A model generated the notes under the pieces. It was given only the letters and a program-made list of their open reading frames with translations, was not told where the DNA came from and did no database searches. A stretch of 63,942 nucleotides of DNA, the filler included, from Octopus bimaculoides (Eukaryota): assembly GCF_001194135.2 (NCBI RefSeq). It is 5 parts of 5 records of this genome, joined end to end, with 100 filler letters (N's around TTAATTAATTAA, not from the genome) between each part and the next. Parts side by side here need not be neighbours in the genome. Positions count along the whole stretch, not along the records: positions 11,887 to 25,093 come from NC_068995.1; positions 25,194 to 39,270 come from NC_068983.1; 3 more parts are not named here. The stretch is one strand, 5' to 3'. The translations under genes and the position numbers were made by a program. Below are positions 12,477 through 25,982 of the stretch, piece by piece (the stretch's first letter is position 1; the number at the start of each line of letters is the position of its first letter).

Positions 12477-13813
12477 TGAATGAATGAACATGCGTGCGCG
12501 TGCGAATGTGTGTCTTCTTGCTCTAGCTGACATTTTCGATGACATTTCAATTATTTTTTCGCTTTTCATATAACTGAAATTGATATTTATTAATGGCTCA
12601 TAATTATATAATCATTATTAAAACTACTGCGTCGCTGAAGACTGTATCTTAGGATTCATGAGTTTCATTCTCGGCAATGGTTTGTCTAAGCCAAATTTTG
12701 ACACTTTTTAGTCCTAAGCATTACAAAATTCTTAAAATTTAATATTTCATGTAATTACAACCCACGACGTGAGTCCTATCAACTTCAGCTTATTCCGAGT
12801 GCAGACAATTGGCCGACTGGACAATACTTTAAGGATTTGACCAATCCATCGCTATAAGAATAATGATGATGATTTCACATTTTGGTACAAGGCCTGCAAG
12901 ATCAGGGAAGGAATTGGTCTGTCGGCCACTTGTCTGTCGGCCACTTGTCTGTCGGCCTACAGTTGGCTTATTTATCCCCCCCTGTTATTTCCCCCTTTCA
13001 TATATATATATATATATATATACATACACACACACACACACACACGACAACTCCACGCATAGATATGTTTCGAAAATTAGTATTTATTTCATCTATTTGT
13101 ATAAGTACCAAGAAATTTTAAACGTTAATTATTGTATTTCATGCATCCTGATATTATCCCTGGTGGAGAGAGTATGCTTCCAGTGTAACCCATCACATGA
13201 TGTGTCTGAGTATGCGCGTGCGAATGAGAGTGTGTGTGTGTGNNNNNNNNNNNNNNNNNNNNNNNNNNNNNNNNNNNNNNNNNNNNNNNNNNNNNNNNNN
13301 NNNNNNNNNNNNNNNNNNNNNNNNNNNNNNNNNNNNNNNNNNNNNNNNNNNNNNNNNNNNNNNNNNNNNNNNNNNNNNNNNNNNNNNNNNNNNNNNNNNN
13401 NNNNNNNNNNNNNNNNNNNNNNNNNNNNNNNNNNNNNNNNNNNNNNNNNNNNNNNNNNNNNNNNNNNNNNNNNNNNNNNNNNNNNNNNNNNNNNNNNNNN
13501 NNNNNNNNNNNNNNNNNNNNNNNNNNNNNNNNNNNNNNNNNNNNNNNNNNNNNNNNNNNNNNNNNNNNNNNNNNNNNNNNNNNNNNNNNNNNNNNNNNNN
13601 NNNNNNNNNNNNNNNNNNNNNNNNNATAATAATAATAAATGGGGGCCTCCTCTACGCTGAGAAATCTATTTAACTTATGGACGGGACCCTGACAGCTGCT
13701 ACCGTTCCAGATTAGAACGGACTTGGGCGAAATGGTACGTATGGGGTGATTCTACGTTCTCCGGAACTCCCAAACCGGAGCCTCACAACCGGATGCAATT
13801 TAATATCATATCT

Positions 13814-13859
<46 letters not shown>

Positions 13860-14094
13860 TGTTACAGTTTGTCAATGAAAGAGGATGAAGAAACGCAAAA
13901 ACCTCGTGTAGCACGTGATGTTGATATACGCTGAATTCTTTATCTCGTGTTTCGAGTTTCAAACCACTCTGATCATAGAATCTTAATTTAATTCGAATTT
14001 TATGGTAAGATGTCACTTTGTGCAAAAATAAAGACATTGGAAAATAGACAGGTTTTGTCAGATTTGCAACATCAGTGTAATAATGATTTCGAAT

Positions 14095-14296
14095 TTTTGC
14101 TACAAGGGCAGCTTGGAGGAAGGGATTAAGTCGATTACATCGACCCCGTTGCGTAATTGGCACTTGTTTAATAGACCCCCGAAAGGATGAAAGGCAAAGC
14201 CGACCTCGGTGGGATTCGAACTCAGAACATAGCGACGGCGAAATACTGCTAAGCATTTCGCCCGTCGCGCTAACGATTCTGCTGCCTCGCCGCCTT
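14095..14296 (-). mobile_element. SINE family A
   Basis: Reverse complement of the family head and core. Confidence 0.85.
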
Positions 14297-14406
14297 CACA
14301 TATGTGGCAAAATTATTTCTCCTCTAGTGATGGGGTTCATTCGTTCGACTAAAATTCTTTATACCGGTGCCCCAGCGTGGCCGTAGTTTAATGACTGAAA
14401 CAAATT

Positions 14407-14457
<51 letters not shown>

Positions 14458-14814
14458 GTACCTCGCATAATTTTAGTAGTGTGACCCGATATTAAAAATG
14501 AGAAAAATAAATACCCATGCCTGATTAGTATATAAACACTTAAATACACACACACACACGCGTATAAAAATAACTATATATGTATATACATGTATACACG
14601 CTGTTTGTGTATATATGTATTTATACCGGGAAATTGTGATGAGTCAGAAGAGAGGAAACAAAACAAGTTGTTGACTGTTTGAAATCCTGATCAAGAAACG
14701 GTGATTCAGTTGGTTCTCTATCGTTTGGTTTATCACGATTTGGGAAATGATCGAAGTTGATGCAGTTGAATATTGCACCTGTACAGATCGATCATCACAC
14801 AAACACACACACAC

Positions 14815-14853
<39 letters not shown>

Positions 14854-15445
14854 NNNNNNNNNNNNNNNNNNNNNNNNNNNNNNNNNNNNNNNNNNNNNNN
14901 NNNNNNNNNNNNNNNNNNNNNNNNNNNNNNNNNNNNNNNNNNNNNNNNNNNNNNNNNNNNNNNNNNNNNNNNNNNNNNNNNNNNNNNNNNNNNNNNNNNN
15001 NNNNNNNNNNNNNNNNNNNNNNNNNNNNNNNNNNNNNNNNNNNNNNNNNNNNNNNNNNNNNNNNNNNNNNNNNNNNNNNNNNNNNNNNNNNNNNNNNNNN
15101 NNNNNNNNNNNNNNNNNNNNNNNNNNNNNNNNNNNNNNNNNNNNNNNNNNNNNNNNNNNNNNNNNNNNNNNNNNNNNNNNNNNNNNNNNNNNNNNNNNNN
15201 NNNNNNNNNNNNNNNNNNNNNNNNNNNNNNNNNNNNNNNNNNNNNNNNNNNNNNNNNNNNNNNNNNNNNNNNNNNNNNNNNNNNNNNNNNNNNNNNNNNN
15301 NNNNNNNNNNNNNNNNNNNNNNNNNNNNNNNNNNNNNNNNNNNNNNNNNNNNNNNNNNNNNNNNNNNNNNNNNNNNNNNNNNNNNNNNNNNNNNNNNNNN
15401 NNNNNNNNNNNNNNNNNNNNNNNNNNNNNNNNNNNNNNNNNNNNC

Positions 15446-15700
15446 ATTGTCCTGATGAAACATCACTCCTTTTCAATTCACTAAAACGGGTTTTTTTATT
15501 CTTCAAAGCTTGGTTCAAACGCTCTAATTGCTAACAGTAGACTCGAGCATTGATTATTGCATTAGATGGTAACAATTCAAAGTGATTTACTCCTTTGCAA
15601 TCCCACCAGATAGAGAGAAGAACCTCGACAGGCTTCTGTACAGTTTCCTTCAGCCCAGTTTCACTTACCGGACTTGGGTTTACTCGAGGATAGGATAAAA
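15446..15700 (-). mobile_element. Mariner transposase fragment
   Basis: VLLSIWWDCKGVNHFELLPSNAIINARVYC..QALKNKK..FHQDN, ending at a gap. Confidence 0.85.
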
Positions 15701-15849
15701 TGACCCCTGCTCGAGATATCATGCAGCCGGGACCATCTTAGTAGAATTGTAGCCCCAACCCCAATCCCGGTTAAATTAATTTCCCGGGTCCTTTAGTATT
15801 TATTCAAACTGAGCCCCAACCATGAGATCTCCAGGTAAATCACTACATT

Positions 15850-16110
15850 GGGCCCTATAATATTTATTTATTCACAGTAATCCACAACATAAATCAGAAT
15901 TGGGCCCGTTGATCCATGAGGCCCCCGGGTAAGTCAATGCCTTATATTATTTCTTGACAGCAAGGCACACCATATATAGAACCGAATTTGGCCCGTTGAT
16001 CTATGAGGCCCCTGAGGAAATAAGTACCCTGGGTCCTATATTATTTATTCATTGACAGCAAAGCACATCATATATAAATCCGAATTGGGCCCTGGACCCG
16101 AGAGATCCCT
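15850..16110. repeat. Degenerate tandem repeat (about 3 units) with GGGCCC motifs
   Basis: Recurrent TATTT..TGACAGCAA.GCAC..CATATATA..CCGAATT.GGCCC blocks. Confidence 0.6.
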
Positions 16111-16575
16111 GGACAACCTTCGAGTCTGATCATGCCTTAAGACGACACTACGTATAACAGGAGCGAACGCAGAACTACATAATTACGAATTGAACTTTTT
16201 AATCACTCAACGATACAAGTTGCATCCTTATAACACGGTCAAATATGCCTAGCCGTCACAAGTTCGAATTAACTGCAATCCATTATTGTTCATGCTGTTG
16301 GTCCTTAGATCAGTTCTGTTCAAGCAGACATGAGAGGCATCCTATCTCTGTTCTTTTCCTTTTTCCCCCACAAAGAATACCTCGGGTTATATGATCCTTC
16401 GCTTGGATTGAAAGCGTAGTTGTATGATGCGCAGGGGAGTTGGTTGCTATTTCTAGCAAGTTCATCGATTATTTAGCTGTCACTTTATTGGCGCCACTTT
16501 TCTGCTTTGTCTTTGTCAGGTTCTCCATTAATTCGTGGTCTAATAGCTTCTACATGATACAACCAACACCCACAC

Positions 16576-16625
<50 letters not shown>

Positions 16626-16988
16626 CACACACAACGTTTCTGAGTCATAAATACATGTTGATACGTGTAACTGCTATTGGGAAGCCCAATGACTATATTT
16701 ACGGATGTTAACACACTCTGGTTAGATTTCACCGGCAATAAGCATGGACCACACCCACAAATCAATCATAAAAGGTGTTAACGAAGGTGTTAATAAAACA
16801 GACTCGATATGGTTGCTTGCTTTCCAAGAAATAGCAGCCAAGTCGCTCTCATTTGACAACCTGTCGTTTTCTGCTTCTTTTATTATTAATAATTTTTTAA
16901 AGACACATTGAACAATGCAGTCATGGATGGACCATGACTGAAAAAGAGGCAGGACTATAATGTTTGCAACGTAGCATTCGGTATGTCG

Positions 16989-17158
16989 TACTTAACGTAG
17001 ATATACAGTAGAAAGCCTGAAAACTGCGGTATTCGTCTCAAGAAAACATCTGCTACTGATATATTTCTGCGTTTTTGATACTATGTAGCTACACCAGATG
17101 TTTTCTCGAGCTGAATACCGCAGTTTTCTGGCTTTCTACAGTATATCTGCGTTTAGTA
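16989..17158. mobile_element. 170-bp hairpin (64-bp arms), MITE-like with TA ends
   Basis: 16989-17052 versus the reverse complement of 17095-17158: 57/64 identical by manual alignment. Confidence 0.75.
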
Positions 17159-17464
17159 TAATAAACAAGATGCTATTTTGAACTGGTACGGTTTCTGACG
17201 CTAATAATTTTGCAACGTCTGACAATAAAATCGTCTGCCGAATCAGAATGATCAAAGACTACACAACAACAACAACATCAGAAACAGCAACTTTCACGAC
17301 TTAAACCGCCAACACAAAATCACAAACGTATCAGTAAAATAAAAATTAAAAAAGTGCCTCGTCACAAAGGGAGGATATTTCCTGACCTCTCTAAGTTCCA
17401 TTCCTCGAAGTTCCCGGTCAGTCAATCTACCAAACACCCAGATACAATCCTTGCTATTAAGATA

Positions 17465-17720
17465 AGTGGCTGCGTTTTAAGAAGCTTGCATCCCAACCAC
17501 ATAGTTCCGAGTTCAGTCCCACTACGTGACACCTTGGGCAAGTGTCTTCTACTATAGACTCGGGCCGACCAAAGCCTTGCGCGTGGATTTGGTAGACGGA
17601 AACTGAAAGAAACCCGTCGCATATATGTATGTATTTGTACTCTAAGTTACAGGGACGTAAACAAACCAACACTGTTAAGACGTGGTGAGAGACAAACACA
17701 GACCATGTGTGTATACGCAC
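17465..17720 (+). mobile_element. SINE family B
   Basis: GTTCAGTCCCACT..CACCTTGGGCAAGTGTCTTCTACTATAG. Confidence 0.8.
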
Positions 17721-18362
17721 ACGCACACACAAACGACGGGCTTCTTTCAGTTTCTAGCTACCGAAGCCGCTCACAAGATTTTGGTTGACCTAGGAAATAG
17801 CATCAGAAGCCAATTGGCCATGGTGCCATGCAGTAGGACTGAACTTGAGACCATAAGGTTGGGAAGCAAGCTTCTCAACCTCACAGCTATGCCCACGCCT
17901 GAATATCTTTAAGTTAATAGTAGTTGGGTCATTATATTCAGAAATACGTGTATTCTCAGCTTCAGAGATAGACAGATATTGAGAGAGAGAGAGGCAGAGA
18001 TAGATAGACAGATAGTGAGAGAGAGAACGAGGGGGAGATGAAGAGAGAGAGAGAGAGAGAAGAGAATGATGTGCGTGAGTATCAGTTATACACATGTGTA
18101 TACGTGTGTGTATTTATGTGTGTTGTGCGTACGTGACTGGATCCAGTCACAATGTGAACCGAAGAAAGATAACAGTGATAATTAAATACCAATAAGTCAA
18201 TATTTACAGTGTAAACATTTCGAAAACAATGGAAGAGGTGGGGGAGAGACGAGGAGGAAGTGAGGTGAAGCGGAGAACTACTGGAGCTCTCGAATCTAAG
18301 AAGAGCCGGAAAGTTATAAATTACTATGATGGATGGAGAGATTAATCAGAGCTGCAGAAGTG

Positions 18363-18575
18363 CAGTAATCCCTCGACTATCGCGAGCGTTACGTTCCGAA
18401 ACCCCGCTCGCAATAAGTGAAACACCGCGAAGCAAAAACAGTAATTGTACTGTATATATTTTTAAAATATTATTTTTTAAAATTTGTATATATTTATTTT
18501 ATAAAAGCAAAACGACACCACGGAGGAATCGACGTAAGCTTAAATAAGTGAACCGCGATACGGCGAGGGATTACT
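18363..18575. mobile_element. pogo/Tigger-like MITE
   Basis: TIRs CAGTAATCCCTCGACTATCGCG ... CGCGATACGGCGAGGGATTACT. Confidence 0.7.
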
Positions 18576-18584
18576 TCAAGTTTT

Positions 18585-18784
18585 GACACAAAGCTTACAA
18601 TTTTGGAGGACGGGGTAAGTCGATTAGATCGACTCCAGTACGCAACTGGTACTTATTTTATCGACCTCGAAATGATAAAAGGCAAAGTCGACCTCGGCAG
18701 AATTTGAACTCAGAACGTAAAGACGGACGAAATGCCGCTAAGCATTTCGTCCGGCGTGCTAACGTTTCTGCCAGCTCGCCGCCT
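18585..18784 (-). mobile_element. SINE family A (well preserved)
   Basis: Full head GGCGGCGAGCTGGCAGAAACGTTAGCACGCCGG on the minus strand. Confidence 0.9.
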
Positions 18785-18827
<43 letters not shown>

Positions 18828-19638
18828 TGCAATTGTGACTAATCTACAGCAATTATCAAGTTACGACCTCGTACGACCAAGTGCAGAAGCCACAAGACAT
18901 AAGCAATAATTCATAACTCAAGCTAGTTTTTGTATATTTTTTTATTATTTTTCTTTACTTTTCTTTTGTCTTATGTTCATATTTCCATAGATGACTAATC
19001 TCTTTATCCATCATAATAATTCATAACTTTTCAGTCTTCTTACATTCGAGAGCTCCAGTAGTTCTCCATTTCATAAACACTCAATCCTAGTTCACCCTCA
19101 TGTCTCCCCCCCACCTCTTCCATTGTTTCAAAATGCTTACACTGTAAATATTGACTTACTTATTGATATTAAATTATCACTGCATTATCTCTCTTACTTC
19201 ACACTATGGCTAGATCGATAAGAGAGTGAGAGAGAAGAGGGAAACAGACAAAGATAGGGCTAATTATCAATACTTTATCAGTAAACTCTTGTCTTAATTA
19301 TATGTGCTGAGGTCCGAATGATTAATACACTTAGCTGTAGTTCACTCCACTACTCTCAGTAGTCATCCGATATGCTAGAAATAGCAGCCAATTCTCTTTC
19401 GGATCACAGACCTACTGTCTTAAGAAAAGAGAAAACTATATTATATGCAGTAGCTGTAGATACTCCTTAAATAATGGAATACTTTTGGTAATTCAGAGCT
19501 CACCCGGGTTCAACAACAATACCAACAATAGTGCAGTACCCCAATCAGGGGTACTGCATCGTTTTTCGATTGATTTATCTCGTAGTGTTCTTTCCCGCTT
19601 CTTTATTTTAGATTTTTGTAGTTTTGCTAAATGACTTC

Positions 19639-19671
<33 letters not shown>

Positions 19672-20597
19672 TGTGTGTTGCTTGATGTAGAACGAATGAG
19701 AAAAGAGTGCTCAGTACATGTTGTAGAGGATATGTGTCTTACTAAAACCTAAACTGCTCTCGTGACTTGAGTTTCGCGACTTGAGTTTCGGGCCGTTGTG
19801 ATCATCAGACAAAAGCAAAATCATTTCGCTTGAAGATCGCTATGGCGTGAAGCTCGAGTCACCAGTCTCAGCTTCAGTTTTAATAAAAATAACTCCACAT
19901 GCATGCATATATAATATATACATGCTCACTTACACTGCTACACCACCTCGAATGGTAAAAATCGGAAAATTAACCGCTTTGAAAACTAGACTTAAAAGTA
20001 GAAGAGCGAAACCAAGTTCCATAAAGAGTTGTTACTGTCACCATTTCTGTCTCTTCACGAAATTCTTCTAAGATAGAGATAACGATTCCTCAGATGGGCA
20101 TCAAATCACACACATTTTGATAAAGTCGATTTTTTACGATTTTAGAATATAACTGGTACTTTATTTATCGAGTCTTGAAGGACGAAAGTTAAAATCAACT
20201 CCTGCTCGTTTTGACCTCAGAACGAAAAGAAACGTATTGTATCCGACGCTCTAGAGATTTTTGCCATCTTTTTGGACTAGATTTTTAGATTTTTTAGTTT
20301 TCTTAAACCAATCCCACAGATCTGAAGTCTTCGGAAATTCCCAACAGTCATTGTTTTATCAATATCTTCGTCATTGTATCATCACCATTTGAGATCAACA
20401 GAGGTCACAGTATTATTATCATTATTATTGACTGACAATAGCAGACCAGTCTCCCAAAACAAGAACTACCAATCCTGTAAAAACACATAGACACAAACGT
20501 GTGTGTTCTTTTGTGTTTCCTTTTAAAGATAATCAATTGTATTCATACAAAGTGATAGTCTTTCAGATATATTTAGATAATGCACTGTTGGAATTTA

Positions 20598-20634
<37 letters not shown>

Positions 20635-21595
20635 NNNNNNNNNNNNNNNNNNNNNNNNNNNNNNNNNNNNNNNNNNNNNNNNNNNNNNNNNNNNNNNNNN
20701 NNNNNNNNNNNNNNNNNNNNNNNNNNNNNNNNNNNNNNNNNNNNNNNNNNNNNNNNNNNNNNNNNNNNNNNNNNNNNNNNNNNNNNNNNNNNNNNNNNNN
20801 NNNNNNNNNNNNNNNNNNNNNNNNNNNNNNNNNNNNNNNNNNNNNNNNNNNNNNNNNNNNNNNNNNNNNNNNNNNNNNNNNNNNNNNNNNNNNNNNNNNN
20901 NNNNNNNNNNNNNNNNNNNNNNNNNNNNNNNNNNNNNNNNNNNNNNNNNNNNNNNNNNNNNNNNNNNNNNNNNNNNNNNNNNNNNNNNNNNNNNNNNNNN
21001 NNNNNNNNNNNNNNNNNNNNNNNNNNNNNNNNNNNNNNNNNNNNNNNNNNNNNNNNNNNNNNNNNNNNNNNNNNNNNNNNNNNNNNNNNNNNNNNNNNNN
21101 NNNNNNNNNNNNNNNNNNNNNNNNNNNNNNNNNNNNNNNNNNNNNNNNNNNNNNNNNNNNNNNNNNNNNNNNNNNNNNNNNNNNNNNNNNNNNNNNNNNN
21201 NNNNNNNNNNNNNNNNNNNNNNNNNNNNNNNNNNNNNNNNNNNNNNNNNNNNNNNNNNNNNNNNNNNNNNNNNNNNNNNNNNNNNNNNNNNNNNNNNNNN
21301 NNNNNNNNNNNNNNNNNNNNNNNNNNNNNNNNNNNNNNNNNNNNNNNNNNNNNNNNNNNNNNNNNNNNNNNNNNNNNNNNNNNNNNNNNNNNNNNNNNNN
21401 NNNNNNNNNNNNNNNNNNNNNNNNNNNNNNNNNNNNNNNNNNNNNNNNNNNNNNNNNNNNNNNNNNNNNNNNNNNNNNNNNNNNNNNNNNNNNNATACAC
21501 ACACACATATATACAAAACATAGGTGCACATCCACACACACACACACGCATCCATACAGACACACACACGCATTCATACAGACACACACATCCAT

Positions 21596-21627
<32 letters not shown>

Positions 21628-22152
21628 CCACACACACACACACATCCATTAATAACAGCAATGTTTTTGGAAAAATCTGTTACCAAATTCCAAGCCGTCA
21701 GTGTTATTTTATCGAATGAATATCTTCAAACTGGTAATGGTTTGTTTATGTTATTCATAACAAAGATGGCGTCTTATTTAACGTCGGCAATCGAGAGGGG
21801 AGATAAGCAATCCCTGATGAGCATTAAATGTATATGAAACTACTAGGACAGTCTCTCACACATACTCCGCGTGAGTGCGTGTGCGTGCTCATACATACAC
21901 AGCATTACACACATATGCTCATTCATGCACATACTCATTATACACGTACGTACACACACCGATGCGTTGGTTGCGAAAGCTCCAGTGGTTTGTGTATAAA
22001 CATTTTTTTTATAGTACTAACGACTTGTAGGCACCTGGTATTTCGTCATGCACCCATAATATTCTATAACGGGTATCAAACGTTTTTATAAGTCAATACC
22101 GAGTTCTATAATAAACTATAACGCATTTTTGATAGTGACAGTAAAATATATA

Positions 22153-22542
22153 CAGTGATACCCCGAAGTATGAGTTTAATTCGGTCCATGACCGAGCTCA
22201 TCTTATGATTTATTCGTTTCACAAATAAATTTCCCCCATTGCAATTAACTAAAATATAATTAATCCGTTCCAGCCCCCTCCCACAAAACCACTCAAAAAT
22301 AATTTTTTAGGGGTTTTAAAACAGAAAAGGTGTAGTTACAAGTAAAATGACAATTATAAAAAAGAGAATGCAAAAGAAATATGTAAACTGGTTTTATTAA
22401 GTGAATTACCTTAAAGATGGGACAATTTGTGTGTTCGTACTACGGATTTACGCTCGTACTTCAAGACAAAAATTCGCACGAGTCTCGGCTCGTACAGCAA
22501 ATTACTCAGACAATGGGGCACTCGTACTGCGAGGTTTTACTG
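22153..22542. mobile_element. pogo/Tigger-like MITE with TA target duplication
   Basis: TA-CAGTGATACCCCGAAGTATGAG ... CTCGTACTGCGAGGTTTTACTG-TA. Confidence 0.65.
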
Positions 22543-24876
22543 TAGTTATAAATAAATCGTGGCACTCCGTCGGTTACCATGTGGTTGGGAAGCAAACTTC
22601 TTACTACAAAGCCATACCTTATAAACGCGGGGTCAGTCTGTGGAGGAATATACTCCGAGGCAGATATTTTTGCGTTGTAAAAGGATCCTGACCCTCCCCC
22701 CAACCAAACACACATAACCAAACGTGGACTGACGCATTTCGATGAAATAACGAGACTATGTGAACTGGACAGCTGTCAGCGTTGATTGTCTGTATTGGTT
22801 ACTGTGTGAGTTTAATATCGTATCTACGTTTGGCGTGGTACTGAGCACGTTGTGTGTGAACATTAATTCTTCGAAAGGTTATTCTAGATAACCATATCGA
22901 AATATAATACTATTCCTAATATATACTATTCTGCACACCCCAATGTTGTCATAACATTATTGGCGACGAGATATTCTAAAGACATAACAATTTGCAGTCC
23001 AAATTTGGTGTTGCGTTCTTTGCCGTACACTACGTTCAGAATATGTTGTAGGTGTGGAGGTAAAAAGGTCGGTATTCGCAGATAATTTCTGTACATATAA
23101 GGGCGAACGGATCTGCAACATGGTAGCAGGCGGTTCCGACTTCCGCTTGTGAGGACACTGGATTCATTTCATTGGCTAAAAATATATAATTTTAAATGCT
23201 TCTGTCTAGTTTATCATTAACTAGCTGGCCCGGTGCCGTCAAAAATGACGGCTAATATTTTATATATAAATATGGATGGTAAATCAAATTAATACACTTG
23301 TCAATATTATCTAGAGGTTGTATTATGAGATGTGACATCGATCATCGTTTGTCACTGAAAGAACGCTGATTCACAGACAAACATTCACATACTTCCCTTG
23401 TACACACACACACACACACACACAGAGTTGAAACGTTCCACCACCAGTTTGTCATCATCTTTTCCTTCCTCATTCGTATGTTGTGACGGAGAAAAAAAAT
23501 GAATGCGACATTCGTCATCAGAATGCGAAATTACATGCGTGTGGAAAATGGGAAAACAATCCATTAAGAATTGAAAAATTTTCAAGTGANNNNNNNNNNN
23601 NNNNNNNNNNNNNNNNNNNNNNNNNNNNNNNNNNNNNNNNNNNNNNNNNNNNNNNNNNNNNNNNNNNNNNNNNNNNNNNNNNNNNNNNNNNNNNNNNNNN
23701 NNNNNNNNNNNNNNNNNNNNNNNNNNNNNNNNNNNNNNNNNNNNNNNNNNNNNNNNNNNNNNNNNNNNNNNNNNNNNNNNNNNNNNNNNNNNNNNNNNNN
23801 NNNNNNNNNNNNNNNNNNNNNNNNNNNNNNNNNNNNNNNNNNNNNNNNNNNNNNNNNNNNNNNNNNNNNNNNNNNNNNNNNNNNNNNNNNNNNNNNNNNN
23901 NNNNNNNNNNNNNNNNNNNNNNNNNNNNNNNNNNNNNNNNNNNNNNNNNNNNNNNNNNNNNNNNNNNNNNNNNNNNNNNNNNNNNNNNNNNNNNNNNNNN
24001 NNNNNNNNNNNNNNNNNNNNNNNNNNNNNNNNNNNNNNNNNNNNNNNNNNNNNNNNNNNNNNNNNNNNNNNNNNNNNNNNNNNNNNNNNNNNNNNNNNNN
24101 NNNNNNNNNNNNNNNNNNNNNNNNNNNNNNNNNNNNNNNNNNNNNNNNNNNNNNNNNNNNNNNNNNNNNNNNNNNNNNNNNNNNNNNNNNNNNNNNNNNN
24201 NNNNNNNNNNNNNNNNNNNNNNNNNNNNNNNNNNNNNNNNNNNNNNNNNNNNNNNNNNNNNNNNNNNNNNNNNNNNNNNNNNNNNNNNNNNNNNNNNNNN
24301 NACAGTACTTCTGCGTTCGAATTTCGTTGAAGTCGACTTACAGTTTTATCCTTTCGTCGATCGATAAAATAAGTACCAGTTTACAGCACAAAAGAAATCA
24401 CTTTAAACTTGCTAAGATATTATTCGTAATGCCTTATCTCTATCAAGTATAGAAGCAGAAGTTTTATGGAAATTAATTTTAACAATATCATCGAGGACTT
24501 TACAATTAAAAAAAAAGAGAAAACTTCTCAAGTCTAAATAAGGTGGAAGGATACAAAAATAAACATTATTTTCCATCTTACTCTTAGTTTTGTTGCCTTT
24601 TGAAAAGTAATAATTTATTTTATGGTTTATTATTGTTTACATCTTGAATCATTTACGTATACTTGAGGGCACCAAAACCTTTTAAGTGCTTAGGGCCTCT
24701 CTCATGGCCTTAATCCTGCTTATATGCCATACTGCTAGACAATATAAAATATTTAACCGATTTTTTTCCTGTTAGAGAGTGCTTTTTTTTTCTCTGGCTT
24801 ATTAACAACTAATTGATTGTGTGTGTGTGTATGCGTGTGTGCGTGCGTGTATGTGCGTATACGCGCGCGCGCGCGC

Positions 24877-25083
24877 ACAGAGGGCGTTCATAAATTATCT
24901 TTTACAACTTCCATAATTTATTACCCAGGGTGTTGCGTGCAACTAAAAGAGTTCACGTAAATGTTTTGGTGTTTCTAATGAAACTTTCTTTGCCTTTTCC
25001 CCCAATAAACGTTGCCGAGTTCGCATTTGCCATTTTTTTTTTCTGAATTTTTCAGTTTAGAAGTTATTTATAAACACCCTGTG
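24877..25083. mobile_element. Tc1/mariner-type MITE
   Basis: Imperfect TIRs CACAGAGGGCGTTCATAAATTATC / GTTATTTATAAACACCCTGTG. Confidence 0.5.
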
Positions 25084-25137
25084 TATGTATGTANNNNNNN
25101 NNNNNNNNNNNNNNNNNNNNNNNNNNNNNNNNNNNNN

Positions 25138-25149
25138 TTAATTAATTAA
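25138..25149. other. Synthetic scaffold linker
   Basis: 44N+TTAATTAATTAA+44N. Confidence 0.95.
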
Positions 25150-25193
25150 NNNNNNNNNNNNNNNNNNNNNNNNNNNNNNNNNNNNNNNNNNNN

Positions 25194-25234
<41 letters not shown>

Positions 25235-25461
25235 TTATATAGGTTATGAGAGGTATTGCTGTCTAAAGACCCAAAGGTGTCAGGTAATGCTGAGTAAGTG
25301 CTATGGACAGACTATATTTAAGCTCCAGGTTCGATGATTTTACAAATGAGGAGTGCAACGTAGGTTATATATTTATATGCATATGTGTAAAAGATTAACA
25401 GAATGAGATAAAAAAAAAATCCAAGGCTATGGAAAGATTTCAGAACATTTATAAAGAGAAG

Positions 25462-25509
25462 GTCTTACAGCTGTTTCCAGGATATTTTATATATGCCTTC
25501 ATCAGAGAC
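25462..25509 (-). ncRNA. Minimal type I hammerhead ribozyme motif (left arm)
   Basis: Minus strand: GUCU CUGAUGA AGG-CAUAUAUAAAAUAU-CCU G GAAA CAGCUGUA AGAC. Helix I GUCU/AGAC; palindromic helix III ACAGCUGU; GUA cleavage triplet. Confidence 0.6.
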
Positions 25510-25934
25510 GGTGTGAAAAAATGGTTAATCAATAGTTATTATAGAGAAGATATGAAATACAGAGTTAAGTGGAAGAAGGAAAATAAAAGTGAGATACGTA
25601 AGAATATTGTATCCATATATCCGTTATATGAGCAGAATGGTGTATATATAAGTTTGCTGTATCTTGTGTGTGGGTTCCAATGTTGTTATAATTGGTCATT
25701 CCAAGCATAAAGTCTTGTAAAAGGTGTACAAGACACTATGCTTGGAATGACCAATTATAAGCAACAATGGAACCCACACACAAGATGCAGGAAACTTATA
25801 TTTACAGCACTCTGCTCAATTAATGGAACTGTGGATACAATATCCTTATATATCTCCCTTCTATTTTCCTTCCTCCACTTCGCTCTGTATTTCATATCTT
25901 CTCCATAACTATTGCTTAACCATCTTCTTGCACT

Positions 25935-25982
25935 GTCTCTGATGAAGGGACATATAAAATATCCCGGAAACAGCTGTAAGAC
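25935..25982 (+). ncRNA. Minimal type I hammerhead ribozyme motif (right arm)
   Basis: GUCU CUGAUGA A GGGA-CAUAUAAAAUA-UCCC G GAAA CAGCUGUA AGAC; predicted cleavage after 25978. Confidence 0.65.

Larger units (their letters stand above)
18166..19190. repeat. ~185-bp inverted repeat arms (18166-18348 / 18993-19190) enclosing nested insertions
   Basis: For example GGAGAACTACTGGAGCTCTCGAAT (18272) versus ATTCGAGAGCTCCAGTAGTTCTCC (19044). Confidence 0.8.

Noticed and set aside
14627-14778. Possible minus-strand exon (AIFNCINFDHFPNRDKPNDREPTESPFLDQDFKQ..)
   Set aside because: One frame is open, but the acceptor has no polypyrimidine tract, the donor (GTATAA) is weak and no homology was recognised.
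19755-19815. Minus-strand CTGATGA...GAAAC..GTC hammerhead-like string
   Set aside because: The segment between CUGAUGA and GAAA cannot form helix II.
21810-21850. CTGATGA...GAAAC at 21814 (also CTGATGA at ~51754 and in mariner fragments)
   Set aside because: No helix I partner or cleavage triplet; chance or transposase-coding matches.
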